A stretch of 64,000 nucleotides of DNA from Cenococcum geophilum (lineage: Eukaryota). The stretch spans positions 806,001-870,000 of the forward strand of contig CP158635.1 of the NCBI GenBank assembly GCA_050273025.1, written 5' to 3'. The position numbers and the translations under genes were made by a program. Positions 1 through 13,171 of the stretch are shown here, one piece after another. Numbering within the stretch: position 1 is the stretch's first letter; every line of letters begins with the position of its first letter. Below the pieces are notes generated by a model. It saw nothing but the letters and a program-made list of their open reading frames with translations. It was not told the DNA's origin and made no database searches.

Positions 1-1702
1 AAACCTATATTCCGACTATTACGTCTTAGGTAACCTTAGTAACGAATTTATTAAAGAGTATTAGCAGTACTTTACTTCTACTAATTAACGCTCTTGTACC
101 CTAATTAATAATTAGCTTGTTATTTATACGGCAACCATCTCTTAGTAGTCTACTCCTACCTCCTAGCTTAAAGTCTCTTTTTAGACATTTATTAGCTCTA
201 TACTCGCGGATACGCCTAAGTTATTAAATTCCATTACGGCTCAAATTTCCAGGTTATCCTAGTGTGGTGCTTAAAAACGCATTAAAGGTTAATCAATTAT
301 TATAAAACTGTGATAGTAATAAGAATAGCAAGAAAGGATCGGATTAAGAGGACGCGTATATATATATATAAATCTTACAGGTATTTCAGCATCCTAAGAT
401 ATTAAAATGCTCCACTAAAAGTTATTATAAACAATTACACCGCTATATGGCAACTAAAGCCGGCTAGATGCCCTAATAGCGGTATTATATAACCGTTTTA
501 GAAATAAGGATTAATAGCTATTACGTGGTTAATAGAGATAGGAAATATAAAATACGGATCTTAGGGTTGCTTGGCTAATGGTAGTATATATAATCTTAAT
601 TCTTATTAGCTTATATAAGTATCCAATTACTAGGATTTAGAAGAGCTATAAGTCTAATATATATCCTATTACTTAGAGATCCTGGTGCCAACTAATAGTT
701 TAAAGCGCTATCTTAGGTAAGGGAATTTTACAAGCCGCACCATTAAATACCCTTTAGGGGCTTTTAATACGCTCTAGCGTCTTATTACCTATAATATAAT
801 ACAATAGGGCGCATAAAGCCGCATATCCCACTTAAAAGCCCCACTCTCTCAGTATTACTATTAACGTATACTACTACTACTAACGGACAGGTAACCCAAG
901 GGATTACCGTATCGTATGCCTGTATATAGGAAAGATAAATAATCTATATCATTTAATCCTTCCTAAAGTCCCCTAAGATGTAGTCTTAAGAAACCTAACC
1001 ATTTATAGTATAGTTACTGGTTTATATAGAGCCCGTCTAGCCAAAAGAGTATTACCAGTTAGCGCCTTAATATTAGTAATATCATTTTATAGTTTAAGGA
1101 GCGGTAATAAGGCGATCCGTATTCCAACGCCATTGGCGCTGCGATTTATAACACGGCAACCTCTCGTACTTAGATCCTAAGCGTACATTTATGCCCACAA
1201 ACAAGTAACCTTAAATTAAGCCCCTATAGACGGTTAAGGCGGCACCGCTTAGCTTATTAAATTATAGTAATATCCTCTCTTCCTTCTAGTGTTACAAACT
1301 TACGCATTACTAGTATATATTAGGGGCGTTTTAGCAATCCTCCTAGCATGCTCCCTTATAACTTATTGTCTTATATAGCACGAACTAAATTTAACTGCTT
1401 ACCTTAGGGGGGGGGTTAAAGCAGACTAACTAGCATCTATAGCATATCTATTCCTTAGGCCAAGAGCGTATAAGCTGCCCTTAACTTTATATAAGAACTA
1501 GGGAATAGGCTTTATTAATAATACAAACCTAATTATATACGGGCTAATAGCTATAAAGAATTGCAGAATACTAGAGAAAGTTTATAACACCTATATAGAA
1601 TAGGTAAAATAATATAAAGTCCAATTCTTACTAGAGAAATACTAGCTAATCTATTTTATAAGAAAACGTAACTAATTTATAGATCTTTAGTATATAATTT
1701 AT

Positions 1703-2660
1703 ATTAGTCCTTAAAATCGGACTCTACACCTATATATAGTGAGGTCTATAAACCTACTAGTCTTTAGACTTAGTAGAGCTAACGTAAAGACGTCACACAG
1801 CTATAGGTAGGAGGTAGTGGTGGTTGACGAAATGTTATAGGGGGTAGTGAAAAGTTTTTATATAGGATGGTGAGATCTCAAAAACCACTACTAACGGTAA
1901 CCCCCTTCATAGTAGATAACTGCTATACTCCTATTTAACCCTATATAATCCTTACGGATATAAGATAAAATTTAACGTCCCCTGACCCCTAATTAAAAGC
2001 ATTAACAACCTTATATTAACGGATAAACGAACATAAATAAATAAACGAGCAGCGAGTAAATATACGGCCCCTCTTAACCCCTAAAGTGATCGCCCGCGGA
2101 ATATACGGTCACTCGCTATTTTATTACTATCGTAGCTACCTAGCAACCTAAATTACAACCTACGGTTTTCCATATCTCCTTTTAACGGAGTAGTAACCCT
2201 TAGAAAGGGCCTAGCTGGGGCCTAAGTATAAAAGATACCTAAATACAATATAATATAATATATCCCGCTGTTAGTAATACGGTAGTTAGAACGGATAAAT
2301 CCCCCTTACGCCTTTAATAGCTTTAGGGGGGGAGGTAAGGCGTATATAGTAATAGTTAATAAGAGATAGCATATAGGGGACGGTTAAGATATGGGAGAAA
2401 CAATATATATACGGCAATCGATTAGCAAGGCCTAGCTAGGGCGTAGTGAACCCTAGCTTAAAATAAGCTAAAGAGGGAAGTAGTGGTTTCTAAGGAGTTT
2501 AAAACATCTAAGGAGGAGGACGTGCTGTAGGCCCGTAGGGCCGCTGCTATATATAAATATGGCAATTTAGGGTTTTTTATCCAACTAAGGTGGCTTATAG
2601 GGTTTTTCCTCCCCTAACTGTAGGGGTTTTCTTCCTATAAACTATAAGTTTTCCCCCTAT
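1703..2660 (-). repeat. ~950-bp non-coding element, copy 1 (inverted relative to 30357..31308)
   Basis: Reverse complement aligns by eye in blocks with 30357..31308, e.g. GGAAAAACCCTATAAGCCACC, GGCCCCAGCTAGGCCCTTTCTAAGGGTTACTACTCCG and GTAGTGGTTTTTGAGATC. Confidence 0.9.
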
Positions 2661-3544
2661 AACGGAGTAGTCTACGTAGGCCAAGTAGGATCCCTATTAG
2701 ACGTTAATTAAAGAATTATTATTATTATTATAATAGTTTAGCGCGCTTATATAGTGCGGTATACCTAATAACTTAAAGTATAGCGCTCTTCTAAAAAAAA
2801 ATCTATAAATAGTTATATAAAAATGTCTATTTAAAGCGAAGTTACGCCTTCCTCTAAACAGCAACATTAATATCTATCATAATTAGCCTTTTGGCTTTTC
2901 GCTTTAAAATAAGGCTTATTTAATAGGGATAATATAATTAAACCTTTAGGTAAGAACTGGGCTTAAGCCATAGATCCGGCTCGAGGGCTTTACTTTCTTA
3001 GTATCTCTACACACTACTAAGCGACGAGATTTAAAGGGATTGCGATTTTATTCCTTTATTTTTAAGTTAAACTACAAAACCATTCTAATTCTCTTTACGT
3101 ATAAAAATCAGATCCCGCCAATAATAGGTATTAAGTAAGTAAAACGGAATATGCTCTAAAGGCACCTGTAAGTAAAGATTAAACACGCGAACCCTAATAG
3201 GAGAATAAAGCAAATATATAGAAGAACAAACAATTAAAGGAAGGATAAAATAACCATACTAATTTGAACTCCCTTATCTATCTACCCTTGTATTAAAAGC
3301 CGGTCTATAATAAGTAACGTCTAAAAGCGGATTATAGGCAGCCCTAGAACCCTAGCCACAAGCGCGCTACGTATTTAGTAATTCTATAATCATCACTTTA
3401 AGACATAAAAGCCGTTCTTTAACAGTAGATCCTCCTATAGCTAGATTGGTAGCCTATAGAGGAGGTTAATAGCTATTATCTAGTGGGGGAGTTGCGTAGG
3501 GAGGCGGAGGAGTTGCGTAGGTAGGCTAAGGGGTTTAACCTACT

Positions 3545-3672
3545 ATAGCTCCTATATTTGCGGTCCTAGTAGTAGCTCCTATATTTATAGTTCTAGTAGT
3601 GGCTCCTATATTTGTAGTTCCAGTAGTGGCTCCTATATTTATAGTTCCAGTAGTGGCTCCTATATTTATGGC
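3545..3672. repeat. 27-bp tandem repeat (~5 units; 9-aa unit resembling NMGATTGTx on the minus strand)
   Basis: GCTCCTATATTTRTAGTTCCAGTAGTG units read directly. Confidence 0.9.
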
Positions 3673-4289
3673 CCCACGTTTACATCTTAGTCTTATGGCT
3701 CTCTGCCGCGTTTCTAAAGGAACAAAATCTATAGGGGAAATTCTAGATACTGCGTATAGCCCTTTTAATAAACTTTTAACCTAGGGACGATTATAATAGC
3801 CCTTTAGCGTGCTTTTGGCGTACTAATACACTCCGGGCTAGTCTATAAATACTAGCTTTAAATATTATATTAGCGCGTTTAAATACCCTCTAGCTAGAGG
3901 AGTACTATAACGTCTAAAAACGCTTCGGCCCGTAATCCGTATCTACCCTTTATCCTTAGTCCTTAGGAGGTTAACTAGCGTTAGCCAAGATAAATGGCTC
4001 CTCCCCTTAATCCTATATCGCCTCTATATAGGCGTTAACTACTACCTTCCCTCCTATAAGATGTAATACAACTAATTTATAATCTAAGAAACCCCCTTAA
4101 GGAGCGGGAGTTTGTAGAAGTACTTAATATCTACTAGCGTATAGTCTATAGCCTACCATCTCTCTTTTAACCCTATTATTATAAACCTATCCTTTACGCG
4201 AATACAGCATAGGTCCGGCAGTTAGTATTACACTATTTAAGGCTTAATTTCCGCCTGTACTATTAGCTGCCCCTATACTTAGAATTCCT

Positions 4290-5110
4290 TAAGAAGGCTA
4301 GTTTCCGCCTAAATTAGTAGCTCCTTAAGGAGGCTAATTTCCGTCTAGATTATTATTGCCTCCCAAAGGAGGATTTCCGCCTATATTATTATTGCCTCCT
4401 AGAGGAAAAGGAGGATTTTTGCCTGTATTATTATTGCCTCCTAAAGGAGGATTTCCGCCTATATTATTATTAGCTCCTAAAGGAGGATTTCCACCTATAT
4501 TATTATTGCCTCCTAGAGGAGAAGAAGGATTTCCGCCTAGATTATTATTGCCTCCTAAAAGAGGATTTCCGCCTAGATTATTATTGCCTCCCAGAGGAGG
4601 ATTTCCGCCTATATTGTTATTGCCTCCCAGAGAAGGAAGAGGATTTCCACCTATATTGTTATTGCCTCCTAGAGAAAGAGGAGGATTTCTACCTAGATTA
4701 TTATTGCCTCCCAAAGGAGAATTTCCGCCTAGATTATTATTACCTCCCAAAGGAGAATTTCCGCCTATATTATTGTTGGCTCCTAAAAGAGGATTTCCGC
4801 CTATATTATTATTGCCTCCTAGAGAAAGAGGAGGATTTCTACCTGGATTATTATTGCCTTTTAAAGGAGTATTTCCGCCTATATTATTATTAGCTCCCAA
4901 AGGAGGATTTCCACCTAAATTATTATTAGCTCCTTAAGGAGACTAATTTCCGCTTAGATTATTATTGGCTCCTTAAGGAGGGTTTCTACCCGAATTATTA
5001 TTGCCTCCTAGAGGAGGGTTTCCGCCTATATTATTATTACCTCCCAGAGGATTTCCGCCTACATTATTATTAGCTCCTTAAGGAGGCTAATTTCCACCTA
5101 TATTATCGTC
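4290..5110. repeat. 36/42-bp tandem array, about 20 units, encoding PLGGNNN(I/L)GGNP on the minus strand
   Basis: GGAGGATTTCCGCCTATATTATTATTGCCTCC units; ORF track 4334..4900(-). Confidence 0.95.
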
Positions 5111-6409
5111 ACCTAGCTAATTCTAATTAGGCGGAGATTTAGACTATAGGCTAACTTTACACTAGTATCTATAAGTTAGGACCGAAAGGCTATACTTTAG
5201 ATACTTAGCTACTAAGCCACTAAGCGGAATGCAGTCTTAGTAGAACCCATAGTTATAAGGTAAGACTACTATTTAACCTCTCTACGTCAGCACATCTTAG
5301 TATATAAGGCATTCTATTCCATCCCTAATAAAATCCTAATCTCTATTTAGGAAACGAGTCTAAAACCTAGCAATCTAAGTAGGATAGACTAGACATCCGT
5401 TATTAAGGCCACTACGCTAAATACAGTCCTAGTATATAATATGGCTATAGCGCATATATCCATTTTATATATCTATAAACTAACTATTCTTGACCTTATT
5501 CCTTATAACCCGATAACAAGAGCCATATTGGGAAAAGTAACTACCGGATCCTATTAGTTCTACTAAACGAAATACTTATTTTAATATATCCTTTAAAAGT
5601 TATAATAGAAGCTTATTCCAATCTTTTTCTAATACTTCTTCCTACCTTATATAGACCTCCTATAGAGGGCCAACTTATAGGGGGGGCGAAGTAGAAGATA
5701 TATTAGGCTCGGCAGCTTCTCTAGGGCTTAGTGGTTAAGATCGGGTTTTAGGTTACTATAAAGGTAAGGAAGGTAAAGAAGTAGCGTTTTTACTAGAGGA
5801 TTCCCCCTATAGCCTTAGTAAGGAGGAAGAAGACTTACTAGGCTCTAATAGCTATTATAAGTCCTTAAGCGTAGTAGCTGCAGCAGTAAAAACGGAAGTA
5901 GGATTAAGAGGCAGTGGCGGAAAAAGAAGTAGTAGCGGTACGCCTCTTCTAGTTACGGCACTTATATTTATAGGAGTTTATCTTATTAGACTTCTTACCA
6001 GGCTTTTTACTATTAAGTTTCTTTTACTAGTTAAGAGAGTCTATAGGTTAGGAGGAGCCTCCTATCCACTTAAACGTGCGCTTTATTGTTTAGGACTTAA
6101 GGGTACTTAATTAGTATTAATTAGTCGCAGCCAGGAAGGCATACTCTAAAGAAGCTAGCTATAGTATTAGGCCAGCTAATAAAACGCTATAAGTAAGATA
6201 ATTTTAAAGCAAATACGCAGGATATAATTACCGTAGTTAATAAAGCATTATTCCTTTTATACCCCTTTTTCTACATTATCGGGACTTTAGAGGACGAAAG
6301 TAGTCACCTAGTTTAAGGCCCATTTTTAGGCTCTATACTAGAGTGGCTAGAATATAAATAGTTAACGTTTTAGAAATAGACCTAAAATAGAGATAACTAG
6401 GGGCACTAC

Positions 6410-6944
6410 TAGTCTATACGTCAGCTACTCTAAAATAGGGTCCTTAAGACTAAAAGCGGGTTATAAATAATAATAGTAAAAAGGGACATATTTAGGTCCT
6501 AGAGTTCTCCGCCTAAAGTATTTTCTACTAAATAACCGTTAAAAGCGTATCCCTACCTGTCTTATAGACTATAACATAAATACTAATTCCAGCTACTAAA
6601 CTAAGGTTTTAACTACAGAACCCTACACTATAAATAAATCTTTTTTTATTAAGTCCTTAATATAAAGGGCCGAGGAATTTCAGAAAAGAAACTAACTAGA
6701 GACTCTTTAAAGGCTTATAAGGGAGAATTTCCTCTTATAGTAACGTCTTATACGTTATTAGGAACACTAGTACTCTATACTTAATTTACTATAAAAGGTC
6801 TATAAAGCTATCCGGTTAATATAAAAGGTGCTTAAAAAATACACTTATAAGGAAATAGTAGCTAAGCGAGATTGGCTTGCGTTTTAGGGAATTAAAAGGG
6901 AATCTACTAAAGGTTTAGGATTTAATCCAGGTAGGTGGATTTAG
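6410..6944 (+). pseudogene. Small coiled-coil protein of unknown function, module gene 2, copy A
   Basis: Reconstructed ...RAEEFQKRNQLETLQRLMRENFLLQQRL...AERDWLAFWGI...NPGGWI*. Paralog at 13730..14288. Start approximate. Confidence 0.6.
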
Positions 6945-6989
6945 TAAAAGCTGCGAACGCTACTTATTAGGAAAATATAGCAAAAAATT

Positions 6990-8000
6990 GCATAATCCAT
7001 TACTGGGTGCTTCCTAAGTAGGTGAAGTCCTACTATAATATCTTAGTAATTGCCTAACTAGTAACTAACTAACTCGCTATATACTTTGCGTAGACGATAG
7101 CAGTTATAAATAGTCGTGTTTTACTGGTTTCGAGCGCTAACCGTCTCTTAAATATATGCTTTTACCTTACTATAGAGTAAAGAACTAAGGAGATAGTTAG
7201 TACTTAGTGGCTTAGACCTATCCCTCTTTTATTACTATAGCTTAGACTAGTCTCCGCCTTAAATAAAGGTTCTAAATTTAAGGTCTATAATCCTTATAAG
7301 GGGATATACTAAGTGCCTAAAAACTAAAACCTAGCGAGGAACTAAAATATGGCCCTTTTAGATAAGAAAAGACCTATAGATAGCCAAGAGGAATAGGGCC
7401 TAAATTAAACTTCCTTTATTTAGCAAGAGTAGTTAAGAACTTATATAAACTTAAGCTATTTTAAGAAGTAATTGGTGACGTTAGATAGCTTAACGATTTT
7501 AGGTATAGCGTCTAGGCATTTTCTTAGAATAGGAGGCTGGGATCTCTTGGTGAAGGATAATATAAGACTTAATATTTCCCCTCCACTCCCGCGCCACCAC
7601 ATCTACTATTCTTTAAATTTTTAAAATATCTGGTGACCATTTTAGAAGCCAAGAAGGTCTAAAAATAGCATTAGGCTAAGCTAGCTTATACCTTAACTAA
7701 ATTAATAGTATACTAAAGAGGGCTTTCTAAGAGCACTTATATACACCCCCGCCTTAGCCTAATTAAACCATAAGCGTTTGCGGGTCTACTAAACTAGTTA
7801 CTTAGCCATACCCCTAATTATAAACGCGAGCAGCTAGCGGTAGAGTTACGCCTAAAGGATATAAGCTAAGCGACGAAAGTATATTCTATAATAAGGAAGG
7901 AAGTTAAATTAGGGAAGGCGGCTTAGCCTAAACCCTATATTCTGCGTAAATATTAGCAACGTAAGATTTCCTTAGCTGGCTTTTTAGGCAAATATATCTA
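6990..8000 (-). pseudogene. Module gene 3, copy A (5'-truncated, internally deleted), unknown function
   Basis: Blocks match 18950..20450, e.g. GTCCTACTATRATATCTTAGTAA and TTAAACTTCCTTTATTTAGCAA. Confidence 0.55.
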
Positions 8001-8457
8001 TACCTTTATCCTCAGAAAATAAATATTTAAGGGGATTATAATAACATTGGTTCTTTGCTTTTTAAGTTAAACTATAAATAAATATTATATTTCTCTCTAT
8101 GTATATAAATAGGATTCTGCCGATAATAGGTATTAAGTAAGGTAAATAGAATAGCTAAGCTTAAAAAACCCATAAGAAATAATTTAACGCGCGAATTCTA
8201 ATAGGAGTATAAAGCGAGAATTAGTTAATTAATTAAAGAAAATTAAAAGAGCCTAAATAGAATAAAACTAATTCTAATATAAGGCCTTACTATATACGGG
8301 TAGTCAACGCAAATCTTATTAGGCAATTTTATTATTTTCTTTATCTATCTATCCCTATATTAAAGCCGGTTTATAATAAGTAACGTCTAAAGCGGATTAA
8401 AGGCAGCCCTGTAACCGCGTACTTTCTAAAGTTATATATCTACCTATTCTATCCACG

Positions 8458-11400
8458 CTACGCATTTAATAATTCTGTAATTATCGCTTTAAGATATAAA
8501 AGTCGTTCTTTAACAGTAGATCCTCCTAAACTAGCTAGATTAGTAGCCTATAAAAGAGGTTAATTACTAGTATCTAGTAAAGGAGTTACGTAGGGAGGCT
8601 AAGGGGTTACGTTTAAATATAGAGGCTAGTTATTAGGTCCTATAGCTATTAGGCTAATAGGCGTAATATAGCTAGTACCTAGTAGAGGGGTTATATAGTA
8701 AGGCAGAGAAGCATAAGCTTTTATTGTTCTAGTAGTGGCATTCTAACATCTACGTCTTATAACTCTCTCCCGCGTTTTAAAAAAAGTAAATACTAAAGGC
8801 AAAATTCCGGATTCGCGGTAGAGGCCTTATAGGAGACTCTTAACCTAAAGACGATTATAATATCTCTCTAGTATGCCTTTAGCATACTAATATATTCTAG
8901 GCTTGCCTAAAAATTTTAGCCTTAAATATTACATTGGTGCGTTTAAATATCCTCTAAATAGAGGAGTAGTATAGCGTTTAAAAACGCTCTAGCCCGTAAT
9001 AGTTATCTCCGCTTTAGTTTTAGTTCTTAAAAAATTAATACTACTCTCCTTAAAGAGAAATAGCTATTCTCCTTAATCGGTTATATATTCTTTATATCCC
9101 TTAATAACAGCGTTCCCTCCTAAAAGATATACTGCAACTAATTTATAATTTAAGTAACCCCCTTAGGGAGCGGGGGTCTATAGAAGCAATTAATATCCAC
9201 TAGCATATAGTCTATAGCCTACAATCTCCTTTTTAACTCTATTATTATACACCTATCCTCTAGACGTATGCAGTCTGGGCCTAGTAGATAGAATATCTAA
9301 GGGTTAATTAACTCCTACGGATAGAATCGTACCATTAGGGGGCTGGCTTCCGTCTCTATTATTATTACCTCCTATAGTTAGGACTATACTACTAGGGGGC
9401 TAGTTTCCGCCTCTATTTTTATTACCTCCTATAGGTAGAATAGTATTACTAGCGTTCCCTAAGGTTCCATTACCGCTACGCTACTCTTAGCTGCCATTTT
9501 CTTGCGGTGTTGCATTTCCGCTAGACTCTCCATTATTATTATTATCCTCTTAAATTAGCTTAAGCGTACAGTAAAGCGTTTCCATAATGGGATAATTATG
9601 GAATTTGCGAATATATTTAACTATATACAATCTAACTTTCTACCAATTATTATCTATAGTGGCTCTCCTATATATCCTTTTATGGGGCAACCAAAAGTTA
9701 AAATAAAATATATTGCTAGTATCTTAAAACCTAATTTGGTTCGCGTTATAAAATATAAGCCTTACGCTACCTTTATTTGGATTATTGTTTGTTAAGGAGG
9801 TAATCGCGGTAATGATTACGTTATAGAAAGTAGTGTTATGCTAGTCTCTCCCTATATCCTAGACTCGAGGATCCTATATATTAAGATCTGGGTTATATTC
9901 GGAGAAATACTATTATATTAAAATGCTGCTTATACTACTTCTAGGATCTATATAGTTAGTATAGAAATTATTTAGCTATCTATCTAGATTAAAGTTAGCT
10001 ATATCCTGAATTTCTTATAATTTCCGTTTCTCTTTTTTAAAGATATACCAAATTTTAGGATAAATATAAAATAACTTGCTAAGTAATCTATCCCTATCTT
10101 AATTCCTTATTATAGCACTTTCTCTATAAAGAGGTAGTGAAGCGGTACCTCCTATATTAGGAGGTAGTAGGGGAGTACCTACTCTACTAGGAGTTAGGGA
10201 TAGTATATAAACTTTACGCTAACTTCCGTATATTAGAACCGAATTTCTGCATTTAGGACACCTATTTGCTAAGCCGCCGTCTTTAATACAGTCTTAGTAG
10301 AACCTATAGTCGCATAGTAAAACTGCTAATTAAGTAATCTATATTAGTCTACTTCTACATATAAAGCACTCTATCCTAATTTTATTTAATATTATATAAT
10401 CCTTTGCTTTTAACTCCGGTAAATAACTCGCAAAACTTATAGACTAAGTAGGATAGACTAGGTATCCATTATTAAGACTGCTACGCTTAATATAGTTCCA
10501 GTATATAGCATAGCTATATTATATATATCCAGAATCTCCGTCTATCTACACCAAATCCCTTATAGCCTAATAATAAAAGCTATATATTAATTCTACGTTA
10601 TAAAAAGCCTCCGATTTTTCCACTAAGTAAAATACTCCTGTTAGTATATACCGGGAAAGCTATAACGGAGGTTTATTCTAATCTTCTTCTAGTGCTTCTT
10701 ACTACCTTATATAGACTTTCTATAGAGGGCTAAGTGCCTACTATAGAGGTAAATTAAAAGGTTGGTCTAATATATTAGGTAGCTAGTTTATAGTTTCCTC
10801 TCTGGGGGTTAGTGGCTAAGATTAAGTTTCTACTAACACTGGTTACTAAGGTTATTAGGGGATTAAAATAAACTTAATTAATTTTATAGGTTGTTACTAT
10901 AGAGTTGACGAAGATGACAGGATATTAGGAGACTCTCTAGAAATAGGATTTTTCTCTTTAGGGGTTACTGGCTAAGATTGGGTCTCTAGTAATACTGACT
11001 ACTAAGGTTATTTAAAAATTAAAGTAAACTTAATTAATTCTATAGGTTGTTATTATAAAGTTAACGGAGATAAGGGGATATTAGGAGACTCTCTGGAAAT
11101 AGGATCCCTAAGAGGCGATTACTGTTCACGCGTAGATGAGGTAGTAACTTCCTCTTTAGGGGCTAGTAACTAAGATCGGGTCTCTAGTAACACTAACTGC
11201 TAAGGTTATTTAGGAATTGAAGTAGACTTAATTAATTCTATAGGCTGTTACTATAAAGTTAACGGAGATAAAGGAGAGATATTAGGAGACCCTTTAGAAA
11301 TTGTATCTCTAGAAGGCGATTACTATTTACCTGCTAAAGTAGACAAGGTGCCAGATTCTACAGGTTATGATAACTATTCTTACTACTAGCTAAAGGGAGT

Positions 11401-11862
11401 CAGAGTAGCGTTCTTACTAAAGAAAGGCCTATTAAAAAGTTCTAGTAGCTATTATAAGCGCTTAGAGGCAGATATAATAGCTATAGTAGCAGTAGGAATA
11501 GAAGTAGACTTTATAGATTGTTGTAGGGGAAAATAAAGTAGTGGTGGTATGTTTCCTGCGGTTATAGCACTTATATATATAGGAGTTTAACTAGTGCGCT
11601 TCTTGTAAATTAGTAGATTACTTTGTCTTAGGGATAGTATAGAGTTAAAATAAGAAGTAATATTAGATTAACGACCTCACGCCTAAGGTACTAAGCCTCT
11701 TCTTAGTAGTAAATCGTAGCCCTACGGCAACTACGAAGTAGGCTCCCTACTAAGATGTGTGCTTTAACGTCCACTGGTTTATTTACTAGCGGATTACGTA
11801 GCGGATAAGTTTAAGGCTTATACTTACTTAATATTAAGTAATAGGGGATATAAATAAGGCAT
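8458..11862 (-). pseudogene. Module gene 1, copy B
   Basis: ATG at 11862; conserved blocks collinear with copy A; same C-terminus ...ERLL(C)L(E)A.ITELLNA*. Confidence 0.7.
10805..11310. repeat. Three ~155-200-bp tandem units inside gene 1 copy B
   Basis: CTAAGAT...ACTAAGGTTATT...ACTTAATTAATT...ATATTAGGAGAC recurs at about 10805, 10961 and 11159. Confidence 0.9.
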
Positions 11863-13005
11863 GCCCTAGACCATCTAGTTTATAAAATTAGGCTAGCTAA
11901 TTAAAATCCATAAGTAATTTAAGTAGAAGAACGTAAAATAATTTTAGGGTATGTAGGATATAATTACTATAAAGCACCGTCCTTTTATGCTTCTTTTTAG
12001 CATTTGGAACTCTAAAGACTGGAAAGGGGCCACCTAGTCTAAGGCCCATTTTTAGGCTCTATATAAGAGGGACTAAAAAGCGGCTTCTATTAGCTATAAT
12101 TAGTTGCCTATACTCTAAGGGTTAGCTTTACCATCCTACATAAGGACCATATTCTAGACCCCTTTTATATTCTTAGGATATCTAGGGCAATTACATAAAT
12201 GCGGTCACTCCTACACTTATATTAATAAGTTCCATAACAATAAAAAAGGCTATATATTTACTTACTATTATATAAGTTTTTATATTTTCTACTAGGCTAG
12301 GTCTAGCTTAAAATTAAAACCTTAGTAGCATCGCCCTAGCTATAACTGTATTCGCTAGTAAACCTGCGCCAACTCCTTTTTATCTTTTGCCCTTAGTAAA
12401 TAGCTTGTACCCTTATATAGAGGCGACTGTTCAAATCTAGATTGGTAATCTATTAGGCTCTAGTATTATTAGCCTTATTAATTTCGCTATTATATCTAGC
12501 TCTTATAGGCCTAAAAGTACCTCTCTCTTAAACTTAACCTTAATAATATATTATGGTCCTTATTAAACGGATAGATCTCCTACTATATACTCTGTAACCT
12601 CTTGGTCTAATATTACTATAATCCCGCCAAACGCTACCAACTTATCCTTTAACTTTAACGCAACTACTAGACCTTTAGTTTAACCGTTTATAACGCCCAC
12701 GCTAATAGACCCTAGCATTCTTACTAGAGTAGGTGTTCTATCTAAGCAGGGCTTCCCAAATATTTCCACGCTTTTATTTACTATCTTTATTTAGATAACT
12801 ATAGTCCTAATCTAACGCTAATATAGTTTCTTACTTTACTGCTTTATATATAGATATATAAAGGTAGAGGCGATAATACAATTAATTAGAATTATTTATT
12901 AGCACTTACTTTACGCCAGAAGATTACTATTAAACTTATTAGTTATTAGTAGAGTATTACTCTATTTATATCGCAAGTGACGCCGTTATAGATATATTAT
13001 CTAAG

Positions 13006-13171
13006 CAGTGATCTTATTAAATAGGAGTGGAGTAGATTTAGCCTTAGATCTACTCTAGTCTAAATTGCTTTAGGCTTAGTGTCTTCCTATATTAGCTAGA
13101 AACCTACCTAAAGAGGTATAACTTTACATTAGATCTAATACGAGGTAGATTTAGATCTAATAAGATCACTA
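13006..13171. mobile_element. 166-bp non-autonomous hAT-type MITE
   Basis: 17-bp terminal inverted repeats CAGTGATCTTATTAAAT / ATCTAATAAGATCACTA (mismatches are RIP-type). Perfect 8-bp target-site duplication TATCTAAG at 12998..13005 and 13172..13179. Confidence 0.85.

Larger units (their letters stand above)
3367..6142 (-). pseudogene. Repeat-containing protein of unknown function, module gene 1, copy A
   Basis: ATG at 6142 (MPSWLR...), largely one frame with RIP stops, ending ...GGSTV(E)ERLLCL(E)VMI.ELLNT*. TATAAAA about 120 bp upstream. Paralog at 8458..11862 shares the stop position. Confidence 0.7.

Noticed and set aside
2185..2215. TAACCCT as a telomerase RNA template
   Set aside because: Only a partial match to the filamentous-fungal template UAACCCUAA, and no U/A-triplex pseudoknot was recognised; not supportable without a covariance-model search.
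3599..3784. Plus-strand ORF MAPIFVVPVVAP..., and most other short ORF-track entries (e.g. 9598, 21258, 34443, 41751, 48887)
   Set aside because: Antisense or off-frame shadows of RIPed genes, or chance ORFs rich in Ile/Leu/Tyr/Lys from RIP composition.
4356..4937. Plus-strand 193-aa ORF (PPKGGFPPILLL)n
   Set aside because: Antisense shadow of the repeat; the flanking gene and its paralog read on the minus strand.
4290..5110. CRISPR-like ~36-bp periodicity
   Set aside because: Units are contiguous with no unique spacers, lengths are multiples of three, and the context is eukaryotic.
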